DNA of 64,000 nucleotides from Phoronis australis (Eukaryota; Animalia; Phoronida), in contig NMRA01000359.1 in assembly GCA_002633005.1 (NCBI GenBank), positions 337,438 through 401,437 on the forward strand, written 5' to 3'. Of this stretch, positions 1 to 13,740 are shown one piece after another. The position numbers were made by a program, and so were the translations under genes. Under the pieces are notes generated by a model that made no database searches, was not told the DNA's origin, and worked only from the letters and a program-made list of their open reading frames with translations. Numbering within the stretch: position 1 is the first letter of the stretch; every line of letters starts with the position of its first letter.

Positions 1-1831
1 TATATCGTCGCCAATTTGGATTCATGCCTGGTAACAGCACTGTGTCGCAACTTACAGAAATTGTACACGACATCCACCTCCAGTTTGAGAAAGGGTACAA
101 CGTGAGATCCGTATTTTTAGACATTGCGTCAGCTTTTGATGTCGTTCCCCATGACCTGCTTCTACATAAATTACAATCTTACGGTTTCTGAGGCACTCTT
201 CTCTTACTTTTAAAATCATATCTGGAAAATCGAACTTACAAAGTCCGAATTGAGGGTGTCTTATCACCTTCATCAACGCCAGGTTTCGTAAATGCTGGAG
301 TACCACAGGGTAGCGTACTAGGCCCCTTACTCTTTTTACTGTACATCAATGATCTTCCAGACACGATAAGCTCTAAAACATTCTTATATGCTGATGACAC
401 TGCAATATTCCACCCATTCTCAAAAGAGCATCCCCATGACTCCTTACAATTGCAAACTGACCTTAACAAACTCTATGACTGGTCTCACAAATGGAAGATG
501 AAATTTAAACCTGAAAAAAGTGTTGATCTTATATTTTCTAAGTCTAATAATACTCATTTCCAAACAAATCCAACACTGGAATTATCACTCAATGGGGAAG
601 TTATCCCCAATAAGTTCACGCACAAACATCTTGGCTTGCTACTCGACCATAAGCTTACATTTACTCCTCATTGTCGCGAACTCGTTCAAAAAGTACAAAA
701 ATTAATTAATCCAATTAGAATTATCTCTCGTCATCTCAACTCCATGCATCTTGAAACTCTGTTCAAGTCTTTTGTACTTCCACATCTAGATTACTGTGAC
801 ATAATCTACCAATCGGCAAACGCTGGCATACTTCTCCAATTAGAAAGACTACAATACCAAGCAGCTTTAGCCATAACTGGGGCATACAAAGGGTCCAACA
901 CAATCAAGGTTCTAAATAGTCTTCACTGGAGCAAACTAGCAACCCGTCGTAAACTCCACCTGTCCATGTATACATTCAAAGTCTTAACCAACATAAACAA
1001 TTTCTCTAACAAAATCCTCTTTGACTCCTACAAAAGACCAAGCACGAGACCAGGACTCCGGCAAAGCAATATGTATACTATTCCAGCCTCCATCAGCCAA
1101 GCCTTCAGAAGATCAACGATATTAACTTTTATTGACAACTGGAATTCCTTACCATTCAAAATAAAAGAAAGCACTTCAATTGTCACTCTCAAAAATAACT
1201 TTAAAATGCATACCACTACTCCAGACTTGCCAGTCCCATTGACATCATTCCAACTTCCCCGCAACCATGAAATAACCCTATACAGATCAAGGTGTTGTCT
1301 ATTCCTAAACAACGAGAAATTTAGACATAATTTTAATAATATTTCGGCTCTGTGTTCCTGTGGAGATACCCAGACATATCCTCATGTTTTCTTTGCTTGT
1401 GAGGTATGCAAGGAGGAGAGGGTACAGCTCTTCCAGGCACTCGAACAATACCCCAATGTTTATAAAAAAATACTCTGAAATTCCGCAATTGTTCAACATA
1501 ATTAATTTCTTTCTAGTATATGGATGTCAAGAACTTAACTCAAACAAAAGTATGGGTTTATTTGAAATAGTATCAGAATTTCTTTATAACATTAAATCTC
1601 TTTGTGTGAGTGGATAGAATTTTATACATCTGTATGAAAATGAATTATTTTCATTCGTTGTCATATATCATTGCATTCTTAACATCAGTTTTTTTATTTA
1701 TGTATTCGTATATAATCATTGTATATAGACTTCTTTGTACTTTTTTACCCAGATCTAATGCCTCTTGGCGCTTTCTGGGTTATGTATATTCATTGTATTC
1801 TGAATATTTCGTAATAAACATTAAAAAAAAA
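1..1831 (+). mobile_element. 3' part of a non-LTR retrotransposon (CR1/L2-group LINE), degenerate RT ORF2 + 3' UTR + poly(A), inside a PCCA intron
   Basis: Frame 3 reads QFGFMPGNST...FLDIASAFDVVPH...GVPQGSVLGPLLFLLYINDL...YADDT...HKHLG...LDYCDIIY...CSCG..HVFFAC. There is an in-frame TGA at 189-191 and a likely frameshift at the A-run near 1464-1470. It ends in AATAAA (~1813) plus A9 (to 1831). Confidence 0.93.
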
Positions 1832-2022
1832 TCATAGTGTTATGCAAAATTGATTTTTTAAAGTTTTTACTCGCAAAACAAGGATTCTATTGTGAAAGTT
1901 ACAGTCACATTATGTGCCAAACGGGTTGGCAACCCTGCCAGTGTTCTTGCATAACCTTCAGTTCTTATGTTAACATTTTCTGCATTGCTGATTATGCATT
2001 TAACCTTTGACCTTTGCTACAG

Positions 2023-4377
2023 GTACGCTGTGACAGCGGTGTGGAAGAAGGCAGCGACATTAGCATTTATTATGATCCCCTCATTTGTAAGGTACTGCAC
2101 TGCATTGTGTTTTGTTCTGACTACTAAATTGTAATCTGTTGTGAAATGTTTCTAAGAGGAATCAGTCTAGTAAGATATTGACCAGTGGTCAAAACTCCAG
2201 CAGTTTTGGCCAAGACCCTCTACTTTGGAATCCATCATTACTCCACCTTTTTCACTTTGACTTAATGTACCTATAGTTTACCAGCAATGCAAAGTATTTG
2301 CTTATATTCCTGCTAGGAATTGTCGTAATCACTGTCTCTTCTTCTGTATTAAAATTGCATGTTAATTGTTCACTGCGCTGGATCTTTTTCATGTCTGGTT
2401 GCCTCTTAGCTAGCCATTTGTTGTTCCATATAACTGTCTAAGCTCTTAAATTGTCTCTCTCCACCAGCTGGTTACGTACGGCTCCAACCGGCAACAGGCC
2501 CTGGACACCATGTGCGATGCCCTCGACCAGTACGTCATCAAAGGTGTGACCCACAACATTCCCCTTCTGAGGGACATCATGACGGAGAAGAAGTTTGTCG
2601 CCGGTGACATCACCACAAACTATCTACCAGAAACCTATCCAGAGGGTTTCACTGGTGAGATGTATTAAAAGTAGACAGTTAATTTAGTTGCTGGGAGATA
2701 GGTGTATTTTGTTGATTGCCAAATATTATCCTCTGCAATTATTTTGCTTGCAGTTGTGTGTTCATTGGAGTAATCATTGTTCATTTACCAAGACTTACAA
2801 TAAAAGCTGAGTTGTCGCCAGGTCTTTTAAGCATGACTGACTGTTACACTCAGTATCAGTGCTGGTGTGCTGCTAAGTAGGCCACCGTACTGTCAGAGCT
2901 ACAGCATGTTGGCCCCAGCCATGAAAAATTGGAAAGAAGGAGATAAGAACATTATCGGTGATTTCGATTTATTGCACATTGTCACCCTGTCACGTAGCCA
3001 TTAATCACAATTCCTGTCATTCTTAAGTAGACATTCGAGTGACTTGCTTTGGAAAAGTCGCACGTGCTCTTCACTCAAAAGCTGAACCCCATGGCTTTCA
3101 TCGTGTGTACCACGTACCATAGGCATACATTGAAATGTATCCTTATTGTGAAGGTTGCTGTAAAGAAAGTGTTCTCTTAAGTAGTAGACTCAGGGCTTGG
3201 AATTTTCCGCGGAAACGTGGATTTCCACTTTTTTCAAATGTTCTGTCCGCATATTTTATTATATTTCCGTATAAAAAAATCGGATTTGATATAAAATTTC
3301 CGCGGCAAATTTCTTTCCGCCGCGTTGCCGACGACTTTCACCTCGAAAAGCGGAAGTTGCTCTTTATGTTTCGGAGGAACGTAAATTGTCAACATTGCTG
3401 GGGCATCTGGGATAGCGTGGTGGATTTCCTCAATGGCGGACAGACACAGATGCACGCTTCCGGAGGTGGTACCGTGTATTTTTTTTTTTTAGTCCTCTCG
3501 ATTTTTGTCGGCAAAAGGTCCACACTGACTTTTTCAAGGCTGGCTGCGCGCATGTTTCGGGCCGTAAAAATTTCCGCGTTTTCCGCCATTTGTCATTCCA
3601 AGCCCTGTAGACTTCCAGAGTCATGTAGGCCAAGTGAAAATTTGCATGGAGTTTAGAATTTCTATAAGAGAACACTGCCATATGCAGGATTTTCACAGCA
3701 TCCACGACGAGAAGTAGAAGATGAAGTTTGGGGGATAAACTTGAACTGAGAGGTGATCTGTATTTAGATGAAACAAGTGTCAAAGATAATGTCATTGCCT
3801 TGGTAGTGCCACCTGCTGGCAAAAATCCAAGCTAAGCCACAGTGCCACCTTGATGTGAAATAGACCTGAGCTGTATCGCCACCTTTTGGTAAAAATCTTG
3901 TAACAAACCGTAGGGCCACTTTCTGGTGAACAAAACCTAGCATCCTCAGGGGGCACTGATATGATACAAAAATACAATTATCCCAAAAGTAGGTATAACA
4001 ATATGAACACTGCAACATTGAAAGATCTAATAGCAATACAATAAACAAATACAAACAAACAAGCAAACAAAAATATTGTGGTGGTCAGCTTTGATGTGCT
4101 ATTTCATTGTCCATTCTCTTGCTGTTGTATAGATCTTTCAATATTGCTTTGTTTTCAGTTGCAAAGAATGTTTTTATTGCTAGTCGTTTCTAATTGTTTG
4201 AGATTGTCATCAGGAAATGACTTCAACTTACAAAGTTGGCCTGTAGGCGTACATTTTGAATATTGAGTCATTTTCTTTTACAGGCAAGCAGTTGACATCT
4301 TTAGAGAGGAAACACCTGGCCAGCATTGCATGCATAATTCGTGTGTTGGAGATTTTCCGCAGTCGAAACTTCCTCAA
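2023..4377 (+). CDS. PCCA: Second copy of three PCCA exons (probably the alternative haplotype), truncated at the N at 4378
   Basis: Exons 2023-2091 ([23 protein letters not shown]), 2468-2654 ([15 protein letters not shown]...[12 protein letters not shown]...YPEGFTG) and 4284-4377 (cut by N). Near-identical to 4881-6818; exon differences seen are synonymous. Confidence 0.85.
3191..3607. mobile_element. MITE family A1 (hAT-like, CAGGG ends), 417 bp
   Basis: TIR CAGGGCTTGGAAT/ATTCCAAGCCCTG with 6-bp TSD TAGACT. The empty site with a single TAGACT is seen at ~6042 in the duplicate copy. Confidence 0.9.
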
Positions 4378-4880
4378 NGTTGAGTTAGTCTTTGGACGAC
4401 TGAAGATCATTATTGTGATTACGTGGCAACTTAGCATTGTGAGGTGTCATCCCGCTTTGGTAATCATATCAAAATGTTGAATTCGGAATTTTGGAAGCAA
4501 TTGAAAACCAACAAATTGGTACATAACAAAAGTGGGAAAAGGAATTCACCACATTTTGTGGGGCTGACAACAGTGAGAAGCCTAGCACATACAACATCAA
4601 CGTGTCATCCACTGACTGAGGAGAAATCAACTGTGCTAACCACGATACAGCGATGTGGCAAGCTGGATTTTGTTCTTGTTGGTTTCGTCATACCGTATTT
4701 TGCAAATTTGATTTCTTAAAGTTTTCACTCGCAAAACAAGGATTCTATTGTGAAAGTTACAGTCACATTATGTGCCAAACGGGTTGGCAACCCTGCCGGT
4801 GTTCTCGCATAACCTTCAGTTCTTACGTGAACATTTTCTGCATTGCTGATTATGCATTTAACCTTTGACCTTTGCTACAG

Positions 4881-7800
4881 GTACGCTGTGACAGCGGTGT
4901 GGAAGAAGGCAGCGACATTAGCATTTATTATGATCCCCTCATTTGTAAGGTACTGTACTGCATTGTGTTTTGTTCTGACTTCTAAATTGTAATCTGTTGT
5001 GAAATGTTTCTAAGAGGAATCAGTCTAGTAACTAAAGATATTGACCACTTGCCAAAACTCCAGCAGTTTTGGCCAAGACCCTCTACTTTGGAATCCATCA
5101 TTACTCCTCCTCTTTCACTGTGACTTAATGTACCTAGAGTTTACCAGCAATGCAAAGTATTTGCTTATTCCTGTTAGGAATTGTCGTAATCACTGTCTTT
5201 TCTCCTGTATTAAAATTGCATGTTAATTGTTCACTGCGCTGGATCTTCTTCATGTCTGGTTGCCTTTTTGCTAGCCATTTGTTGTTCCGTATAATTGTCT
5301 AAGCTCTTAAATTGTCTCTCTCCACCAGCTGGTTACGTACGGCTCCAACCGACAACAGGCTCTAGACACCATGTGCGATGCCCTCGACCAGTACGTCATC
5401 AAAGGTGTGACCCACAACATTCCCCTTCTGAGGGACATCATGACGGAGAAGAAGTTTGTCGCCGGTGACATCACCACAAACTATCTACCAGAAACCTATC
5501 CAGAGGGTTTCACTGGTGAGATGTGTTAACAGTAGACAGTTAATTTAGTTGCTGGGAGATAGGTGTATTTTGTTGATTGCCAAATATTATCCTCTGCAAT
5601 TAATTTGCTTGCAGTTGTGTGTTCATTGGAGTAATCATTGTTCATTTACTAAAACTAACAATATAAGCTGAGTTGTCGCCAGGTCTTTTAAGCATGACTG
5701 ATTTTCACACTCAGTATCAGTGCTGGTGTGCTGCTAAGTAGGCCACCGTACTGTCAGAGCTACAGCATTTTGGCCCCAGCCATGAAAAATTGGAAAGAAG
5801 GAGATAAGAACATTATCGGTGATTGCGATTTATTGCACATTCATTTGCCACCCTCTCAGGTAGCCATTAATCACAATTCCTGTCATTCTTAAGTAAACAT
5901 TCGAGTGACTTGCTTTGGAAAAGTCGCACGTGCTCTTCACTCAAAAACTGAACCCCATAGCTTTCATCATGTGTACCACGTACACATTGAAATGTATCCT
6001 TATTGTGAAGGTTGCTGTAAAGAAAGTGTTCTTTTAAGTAGTAGACTTTCAAAGTCATGTAAGCCAAGTGAAAATTTGCATGGAGTTTAGAATTTCTATA
6101 AGAGAACGCTGCCATATGCAGGATTTTCACAGCATCGACGACGAGAAATAGAAGATGAAGTTTGGGGGATAAACTTGAACTGAGAGGTGATTTGTATTTA
6201 GATGAAACAAGTGTCAAAGATAATGTCATATTGTCTTGGTAGTGCCACCTGCTGGCAAAAATCCGAGCTAAGCCATAGTGCCACCTTGATGTGAAATAGA
6301 CCTGAGCTGTATCGCCACCTTTTGGTAAAAATCTTGTAACAAACCCTAGGGCCACTTTCTGGTGAACAAAACCTAGCATCCTCAGGGGGCACTGATATGA
6401 TACAAAAATACAATTATCCCAAAAGTAGGTATAACAATATGAACAATGCAACATTGAAAGATCTAATAGCAATACAATAAACAAATACAAACAAACAAAC
6501 AAACAAACAAACAAACAAACAAAAAAATATTGTGATGTGCTATTTCATTGTCCATTTTCTTGCTGTTGTATAGATCTCTCAATATTGCTTTGTTTTCAGT
6601 TGCAAAGAATGTTTTTATTGCTAGTCGTTTCTAATTGTTTGAGATTGTCATCAGGAAATGACTTCAACTTACAAAGTTGGCCTGTAGGCGTACATTTTGA
6701 ATATTGAGTCATTTTCTTTTACAGGCAAGCAGTTGACATCTTTAGAGAGGAAACACCTGGCCAGCATTGCATGCATAATTCGTGTGTTGGAGATTTTCCG
6801 CAGTCGAAACTTCCTCAACCAGGATAGGCTAGAGGTGGCGCGTAAAGTTGCTCGTAGTTGGGATATGCATTTCCAAGTTGGTGATTGGTCGGGTGAAGCC
6901 ACTGTCACCTGCAACGATTCTAGTTTCACGGTAAGTGTTTTGATTGATTGGGAAGTTGCTCGGCTGTGGATGATTGGTTCAGCCTACCTCCTGGACCACA
7001 CGGCATATGTGGCCTGTGCCATTTACTTTTAAAGTTATTAGACTAACTGGACACACGTCTGTGTGAGGGAATATTTTGTATTCTGAAATTCTAAGTAGCT
7101 CTTTCCAAACGTGTTCTTGGTCATGTATTGTAGGTAACCTTGGACGGAGATACTTTCACAGTTGACCAGAACTTTGACTTGGCTGACACAGTGGTTGTTG
7201 CAAATATCGATGGGAAACCAATGACTGTTCAGGTAGGCTCTTGGCTTGAATGTCCGTGTGTAGCATACAAACTAACTGTATCGTTTTTGTTATCAGTAGA
7301 TTTCAGAATAGACCAGACTTCAGTGTTAAACTTTGGCAAACTTGGTCTCCCATTTAGTCGCAATTATTGAACAATGGGATGTCGCCGTATAATCGCACTG
7401 TACTTGCCTTACCTATAATTTGATAGTCGGCAAACAACCTGGCATTTAAAAATACATTAAACCAAAATTGAAAGGAGGTTCGATTCATGTTCAATGGGAG
7501 AGAACTTTTGTCTCTTTTTAATCGCATTGTTCTTGCCTAGCCAATAACTTGTTTGTCAGCCGACAGGCTGGCTTTAACAAACTTTAAATTGAAATTAATC
7601 AAAATTAAATCGAAACGAGATTGTTGTTTGTTGCAGTTCTTACAACGCGAGCCATCTGGGAATGTGAGGATGAGGTATCTCGGAACTGTGGTAAGTGTAC
7701 GCCTTGTAAATCTGTGGTTTGATGTCTAGAACACAAAGTAATGAAAGTGACAGTGTGTGTTGAGTCTATGCAAAGGAAGACCAGTGTTGCCCATATGAAT

Positions 7801-10800
7801 CGAGGAGTGAAGATTTTGAATCGTCTAGTCACGCGTTCTACTCTAATGAAGCTGACACTTCAGTATTTGTGGGTTTAGTCAACTAACGGAGACGTGTGAA
7901 TTTTATTCCACTCGGTGTATAGTGTTTGTTTTGATAAGTTGCCAAGAAGACAACCATTCCTTTAATTTCTCTGCAAAGTTTACCTGTGACTACTACTTGG
8001 CAGATCATGAGCAAAATCTGCACAACACGATTCTAAAGGCTCATTTTGACCAGCATAGTTCATTAGGCAAACTACTGAAACTCAAAGTGTGCGCGTCACC
8101 AGACAGGTTCTGTAAGGTTGACCTCCAATGATTTCCCTCTGGCCATTCTGGTAGCGGCTTTGTGTTATTTTTTGTAAGTCATCTGTTTTTGGAAAGCTTA
8201 CTGGAGGACTTGGATTTAAAGCTAGCACAAGTAGTAACTTTGGGCCAGCTTTGATGCTTATTGTGGATATTGTTTACAACAAAGATAGGTTCACCCTGCG
8301 GTAATGCAAAATAGGTCGAAACTACATTTTAGTAAAGTCGGACAAAGTTGATTTGTATTACGTGCCAGTTATGCGCATAGAGGAAGTCCACGCTCTGTGA
8401 TGCTGTCTCCACTTTCGGGACAGAGAACTTGGTCAAGTTGAGATATGCGCAAGTTCAAAGTAACCAGGTTGGTTTTCACATTCCGCATATTAACATAATG
8501 TACTATGTAAAGTATGCTTGCTAGAAAAGCTTTGAGTACCAAACAATGTGATGTAACATGTTTATTGTGTTCTAGTTCAATATCCACGTCTTGAGTAAGC
8601 GTTTCGCCGACATGTACAAGTTAATGCCAGAGAAGCCCGAACCAGATATCAGTAATATTGTGGCTGCCCCCATGCCTGGCCTCATCAAATCCGTGGCAGT
8701 CAATGAGGGACAGATGGTAAGTGATGTGCACCGGGGTTTCTGAGAATATACAAATAACTGCAATACTTAACAGAGATAATTTCTACTAAATTATTTTTAG
8801 GCTGTGATGCACTCATAATAAGATGGCTAAGCCTTTATTCAGGAATTGTTGAGTTGGAACATAAGACTAAATTTTTGTCTTAAGTCTTAAGTCAGTTTCA
8901 TGAAACGCAGACGTGAGACGAGCAAACTTCAGTACACGCCAGAAGTGTTTAGACAAAATGGCGGCTGGGAGGAAGTAGAATTCATCGTTGGAGTTGGTCT
9001 AGTCTTCCCCCATGACTGAGAATGAAGGGGGTTGTGTTAGGAATGTTAGTAAGGTGGTCATATACCATTCTGCATTTAGAATTTCGCCCCCGTCATAGTG
9101 ATTTTAGCTTTTTTGCTGTTAACAGACTTAGAGCTGTCATTACAAGGGAATGGTGTTTTGTCTGATTATTGTTTTCTTGCACTGTATACTCGAAACTCAA
9201 CTCTGAAATTGATCACGCTCATCGCAGGGTTGAGTTAAACTTTCAAATGTTGCACAATGTGATTAGTGATTTTTTTACAATGAAGTCTGCAATAGCTTTC
9301 ATTTGGAACTGTTGGTGCTTTTTAATAATTCATATTTAATTTTGAATGTTGGATTCTTCTTTGAGAATTAAGGAAAAACACAAATTTGGTTCCTGTTTTT
9401 TGTCCTGCTATTGTAAGTAAATCGCTTACATTTATAAGAATCCAGTTATTAATACTTTGTTGTAGTTACAAACTGTGTTCCTCATAACACTTACTCAAAG
9501 CCATGCGAAGATTTAACCTTGTCCAGCATCCAAGAAAATTTTGGTGACATAACTGTGATAAAAAATACATTGCAGTGTTTCTAGATCACGATGGCAAACA
9601 GTACACGACTTTTGTACTGACCAAAATCTTATTATTTATTTTACAAAGAAATGACTTAGTAACTAAATATTCAATGCAAAATCATGTACTGTTTCTAACC
9701 AATCAGTGCTCACTGCATTTGAAGGAAATGGGTGAACATTTTTTCCATTTGTTTTTGTCTCATCTCTTCAATGTTCTCATTAAACTTTACTTGAATGAGC
9801 TGTTGTATCCTTGCAACCTGAGTGATTATTTGAGTAAGTGGCATGATAATATTCCTCGTTGTGTTGCGTTGCTCTGCTAAATCCATGTATTCCTCTGAGC
9901 AGGTTGTTGAAGGTCAAGAGATGTGTGTGTTGGAGGCCATGAAGATGCAGAATAGTTTGGTGGCTGGCAAGACAGGAAAGGTAAGGTTATTGTAAGGATG
10001 AGTGTAAGTCAGGGTATTGTGTTCTGGTGTAGTTCACATCCACTGAGATTGAAAGGCTGGAAATATAAGGGGAGAATGGAATGGAATTTATGGAGTGTGG
10101 CTCTTAAACATCGTTTCAGTTGTGCGGTCCAACGATAAGTTTCTATCTTGATTGTTGATCAGAAGTGAAGAAATGATTCTCTATACGTTCTTGTGAATTT
10201 TAAAAACTGAATTTCTTTGCCTTCAAAATTCGGCTGGGCTCATGTCATTGAGACTTTATTAAAATTAAACGGAGAAAAATGTGGTCGTTCTGAAAATTAT
10301 ATTTCCTGGTGCAAAAGTGCCCTCCTCCATGTTAATCTTCATGGAACATTGTCTCAGCTTGAAGAGACTGTCTTTTACTGAATTTTTATTGAGAGTGCTG
10401 CTTGCAAATTAGTCACTGTTTGCGAGACAGTACACTTAGCTGAATTGTGCGTCACCAACCAATAGGAACATGAACTGGACTATGCGAGCGAGAACCTTTG
10501 GGACGAGTATGCGCGATGGGTGGACGAAACCACGCAGTCAGGGGGAGTGCAAGACAGCTACTGGTCACCACAACCTATCGGCTCTCTTGTCCTCTTGTGA
10601 CGTAATAAGAGATCACATGATTCCGAGTTAATTATTAATTATAATGTAGCCGGAAATGTATTGGATGATCAACCTCAGTAGTCTGAACATTAAATTTACA
10701 TTGCATTTAGTAGTTTAACCCAACAAAGGTAGGTTGCTTTCTCAGTATGTATTCTCGTCATGCGTTTCAAGGTGGATAGACAGGTGGAACATTAATTTTG

Positions 10801-11399
10801 TGTTTACTGCTAACACTGTGCAATCTGTTGTAGCTGCTCCATTGAATGAATTGCTACAAAATACTTTGGAGAGCTGGGGTCCGTTTCACAAAAAGTGACC
10901 TGAGGCTTATGTCAGAAATTTTGCACAATTATTTATAAAAGTATTTTAATCTTAACTTGACAAAGTACAGAATTTTTAAGAATATACACAAAATCGTCAA
11001 TTGATCAGGACAAATAATTTGTACAACATTTTTTGCTGAACTGTGATGGGCTATCTAATCCCTTCCAACTGCAACTGACATGTCAATAAGCCTTATACTT
11101 GAATGTACACATAGTTCACAAGGAAGTCACAAGGTGGCGCTTGCTACAAATTTAAATATTCATGACTTAATGAGACGTGGCATCTTTAAGTCACTTTGCA
11201 TGAAACAAACCTCAGATCATCAACACACTGCACTTGATGTTGGTAATGACTAGACTTTCCTGTTTTTCATTTTGACAACTTGAACGTCATTGGTAATTTC
11301 TTGCACTTGTATTTATTTCTTTAATTCCAGGTGGTAAAAGTGAACTTTAAAGAGGGTCAGACGGTGGACGAATCAGAGGTCATTATTGAGCTCGAGTAA
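4881..11399 (+). CDS. PCCA: Propionyl-CoA carboxylase alpha chain, 3' exons (biotin carboxylase C-terminus, BT domain, biotinyl domain)
   Basis: AG/GT exons in phase: 4881-4949, 5329-5515, 6725-6930, 7134-7232, 7637-7690 ([18 protein letters not shown]), 8576-8716 (..[14 protein letters not shown]..), 9903-9980 ([16 protein letters not shown], biotin Lys motif), 11331-11399 (..[14 protein letters not shown]). [13 protein letters not shown] and the terminal ELE fit PCCA better than MCCC1. The 5' exons lie upstream of the window. Confidence 0.93.
6478..6523. repeat. (AAAC)n microsatellite
   Basis: Direct reading; the equivalent tract at ~4043-4070 is shorter. Confidence 0.85.
10874..11215. mobile_element. 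MITE, PIF/Harbinger-group-like (CWG-flanked)
   Basis: Ends CTG-GGGTCCGTTTCACAAAAAGTGAC ... GTCACTTTGCATGAAACAAACCT-CAG form imperfect TIRs. Superfamily is inferred. Confidence 0.55.
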
Positions 11400-13595
11400 T
11401 GTACGGGGACCAGGCTATTTTCAGCTTCAATTACTTGTTCAAAACTGTTGACGGACTTCACTCAAGATTGTTTTTGAGTTTGCAAGGTAGTGGTTTCAGA
11501 GGTAGAGCGCTGAGGTGGCTTATTTCTAATCAATAACAAATTGTATGTGTTGAGTGCAAACCATTTGGTGCCATTTTTGTCACTGTCTCAATAAAAATTT
11601 GAAAGTAATGTCGGGCCATGGTGATGTTGCCCTTTCTGTCACTGTCTCAATAAAAAGTGGTAAGTGCCGTCGCGCCGTGGTTATACCACGCTTGGTGTGT
11701 TGGAAATCACCATCTTTGGTCTGCCACCCATGCTGGTAGTAATGGTTAATGTAGCACTTGCCCGTTCGGCATACATGTAGCTAGCACTAACAAAAGATTG
11801 GATGGATTTACACGTTGATCACGTGACTATTCGTGACTCATTGCCATTGCGCCCAAGAGGTGTAGACGCGACTTGGACAAAACATATTAATCAAACTGGG
11901 ATTTTCTGTTCAACACTGCTACTTTTATGTACCTTTAGATCTATTTGCCTTTCTTATTCATCAGTTCAATGAAATTTCTGGCTCAGTTTTGTTGAATGCT
12001 CCTATCGCTTAAGTCTGGCCTTTTATATGAAATGTGTGATGAAGTATTAGTGTACTGTTTTGTGCATTGCCAAAATATGCAAATTCTTTAGAAGCAATAC
12101 GTGTTCTTAACTAAGCAAGATGTTGAAGCTTTATGTGGTGGGAAATTGTGGCTACATTGGAAAGTTGGTATTATTTGATGTTGGATGAGTAGATAGTACT
12201 TGATACCGGTTCTATAAAGGCAGTATTAAACTGACATAAAATTCACAAAGTACTTTGTTTTTTAAAACAAGACTCTAGTTTGTAGGTAACTCGACAGACT
12301 AGAAGAAAATATTAAGTGTTTGACATTTAACACTCGATTTACTTCCCTGGTTGTCTTTTTGACATAGTTGGCTACGCCTTCACAGCAGATATTCCCATAG
12401 ACGTACAAATTAATTATTTGAATCTGATGTAGAATCTAAATTTGCTTTGCAAAATTATATTAATGCTCGGTATGCTTCAAATGCAGATATTGGTTTTCTT
12501 CAAGAAGTTTGAGCTTAAAACCTGCTATTCTCGTTACATGTGAATAAAATGTATTTTATATTGATTGAATATTTTTATTTTAAAAGGTCCATGCTGCCCT
12601 AAATAGGTCAAGCCGAAATCGCAGTCTGTAAACTGATATAAATCAGTCAATATTCCTATTGAAACAATGAACTCCGTTCTGGTCGTTGTTTTATCATAAG
12701 GAATGCTAACTCGCCATATTAGAAAATAAAACGAAGGGTTTCGACCAAAACCGGAGAGGACAGTTTTCACAGAATATACAGATTATGAATTCACGTTTAA
12801 TGGCAAGTGACAACTTCACATCTCAGAATGTAACAGAGAAGTTTCATTGTCACAGCTTGGTGGTGCTTTTTGCTTTGTACAAGTCACATCAACTTTGTAT
12901 TTGTCACACATGCTAAGACGCAAAATTTGTCAGTGATAACGAATTCCCGGCATAATTTTACAATCAGTGAAAAAAGGAACCACTTGATGAAGCACAAAAA
13001 TTGTAAACATTAAGGAACACTAATACCAACTACTTGGCGCTCATTTTGTTGAAGAATTCTCAAATTTTTGTCACAAAATGTCACCATGTCGCAAGGAATC
13101 CATTCCAGGCAGATGACACTGCATGGAGACTAGAGTACAGTACTGTGTAAAAAAAGTTCGTTTTATCTGTCCGATGTCCGAGACATATTTCTGATGAAGA
13201 GTGAGCTGGTTTTCAGTGTTTGAGCCCTCGGCTGCTACACCTGGGAATGTAGTTAATAAGGAGAAGAGAAGCCCTGCTAAAGTACTGGTTGTAGATTATC
13301 AGTGCTATCACATGAAGTCTGGAGAGTAGTTATTTAGTTTTATTCATCGCCATCATACCGACAAACCCACATCAATGTCAAACAGCTTACACAAGGAAAA
13401 TGTTCCATAGAAAGAACCGCTGGTTGGTGCGTGCCAAAGTTTGAGATAATCGAGAGGCATACAAGCATACAATTATCAGACACTGTCCTTCCCAATTCCA
13501 AAAAGCTTCTCGTTTGGTCAATGATGGGACACCAAAAACCAAGTTGATTTCTGCAAAGGAATTTGTGATGGATGAGACAAAGAGAGCACAGATAC

Positions 13596-13740
13596 AAGTG
13601 GCGGACTTATGGGGGCGCATGGGCCCCCCTAAAATTCTCCAAAATTCCATTTGGTAGTACCGGGATGCAGATGTCTTATAGGCCAAATCTTGACTAATAC
13701 TCTGCCTTGCCCCCCAACTCAAAATCCTGGATCCGCCCCT
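13596..13740. mobile_element. Short GC-rich MITE (GTGGCGGA...ATCCGCCCCT family)
   Basis: Imperfect terminal inverted repeats. Related elements at ~28718-28905, 30392-30510 (AGTTA on both sides) and ~53385-53528, which also shares the internal ATACTCTGC..CCCC..AACTCAAAATC. Confidence 0.6.

Noticed and set aside
3135-4066. Several 100-170-aa ORFs, also repeated at 5867-6514 and 45562-46117
   Set aside because: They fall in MITE or intronic repeat sequence, have no recognisable protein motifs, and their frames are not conserved between copies.
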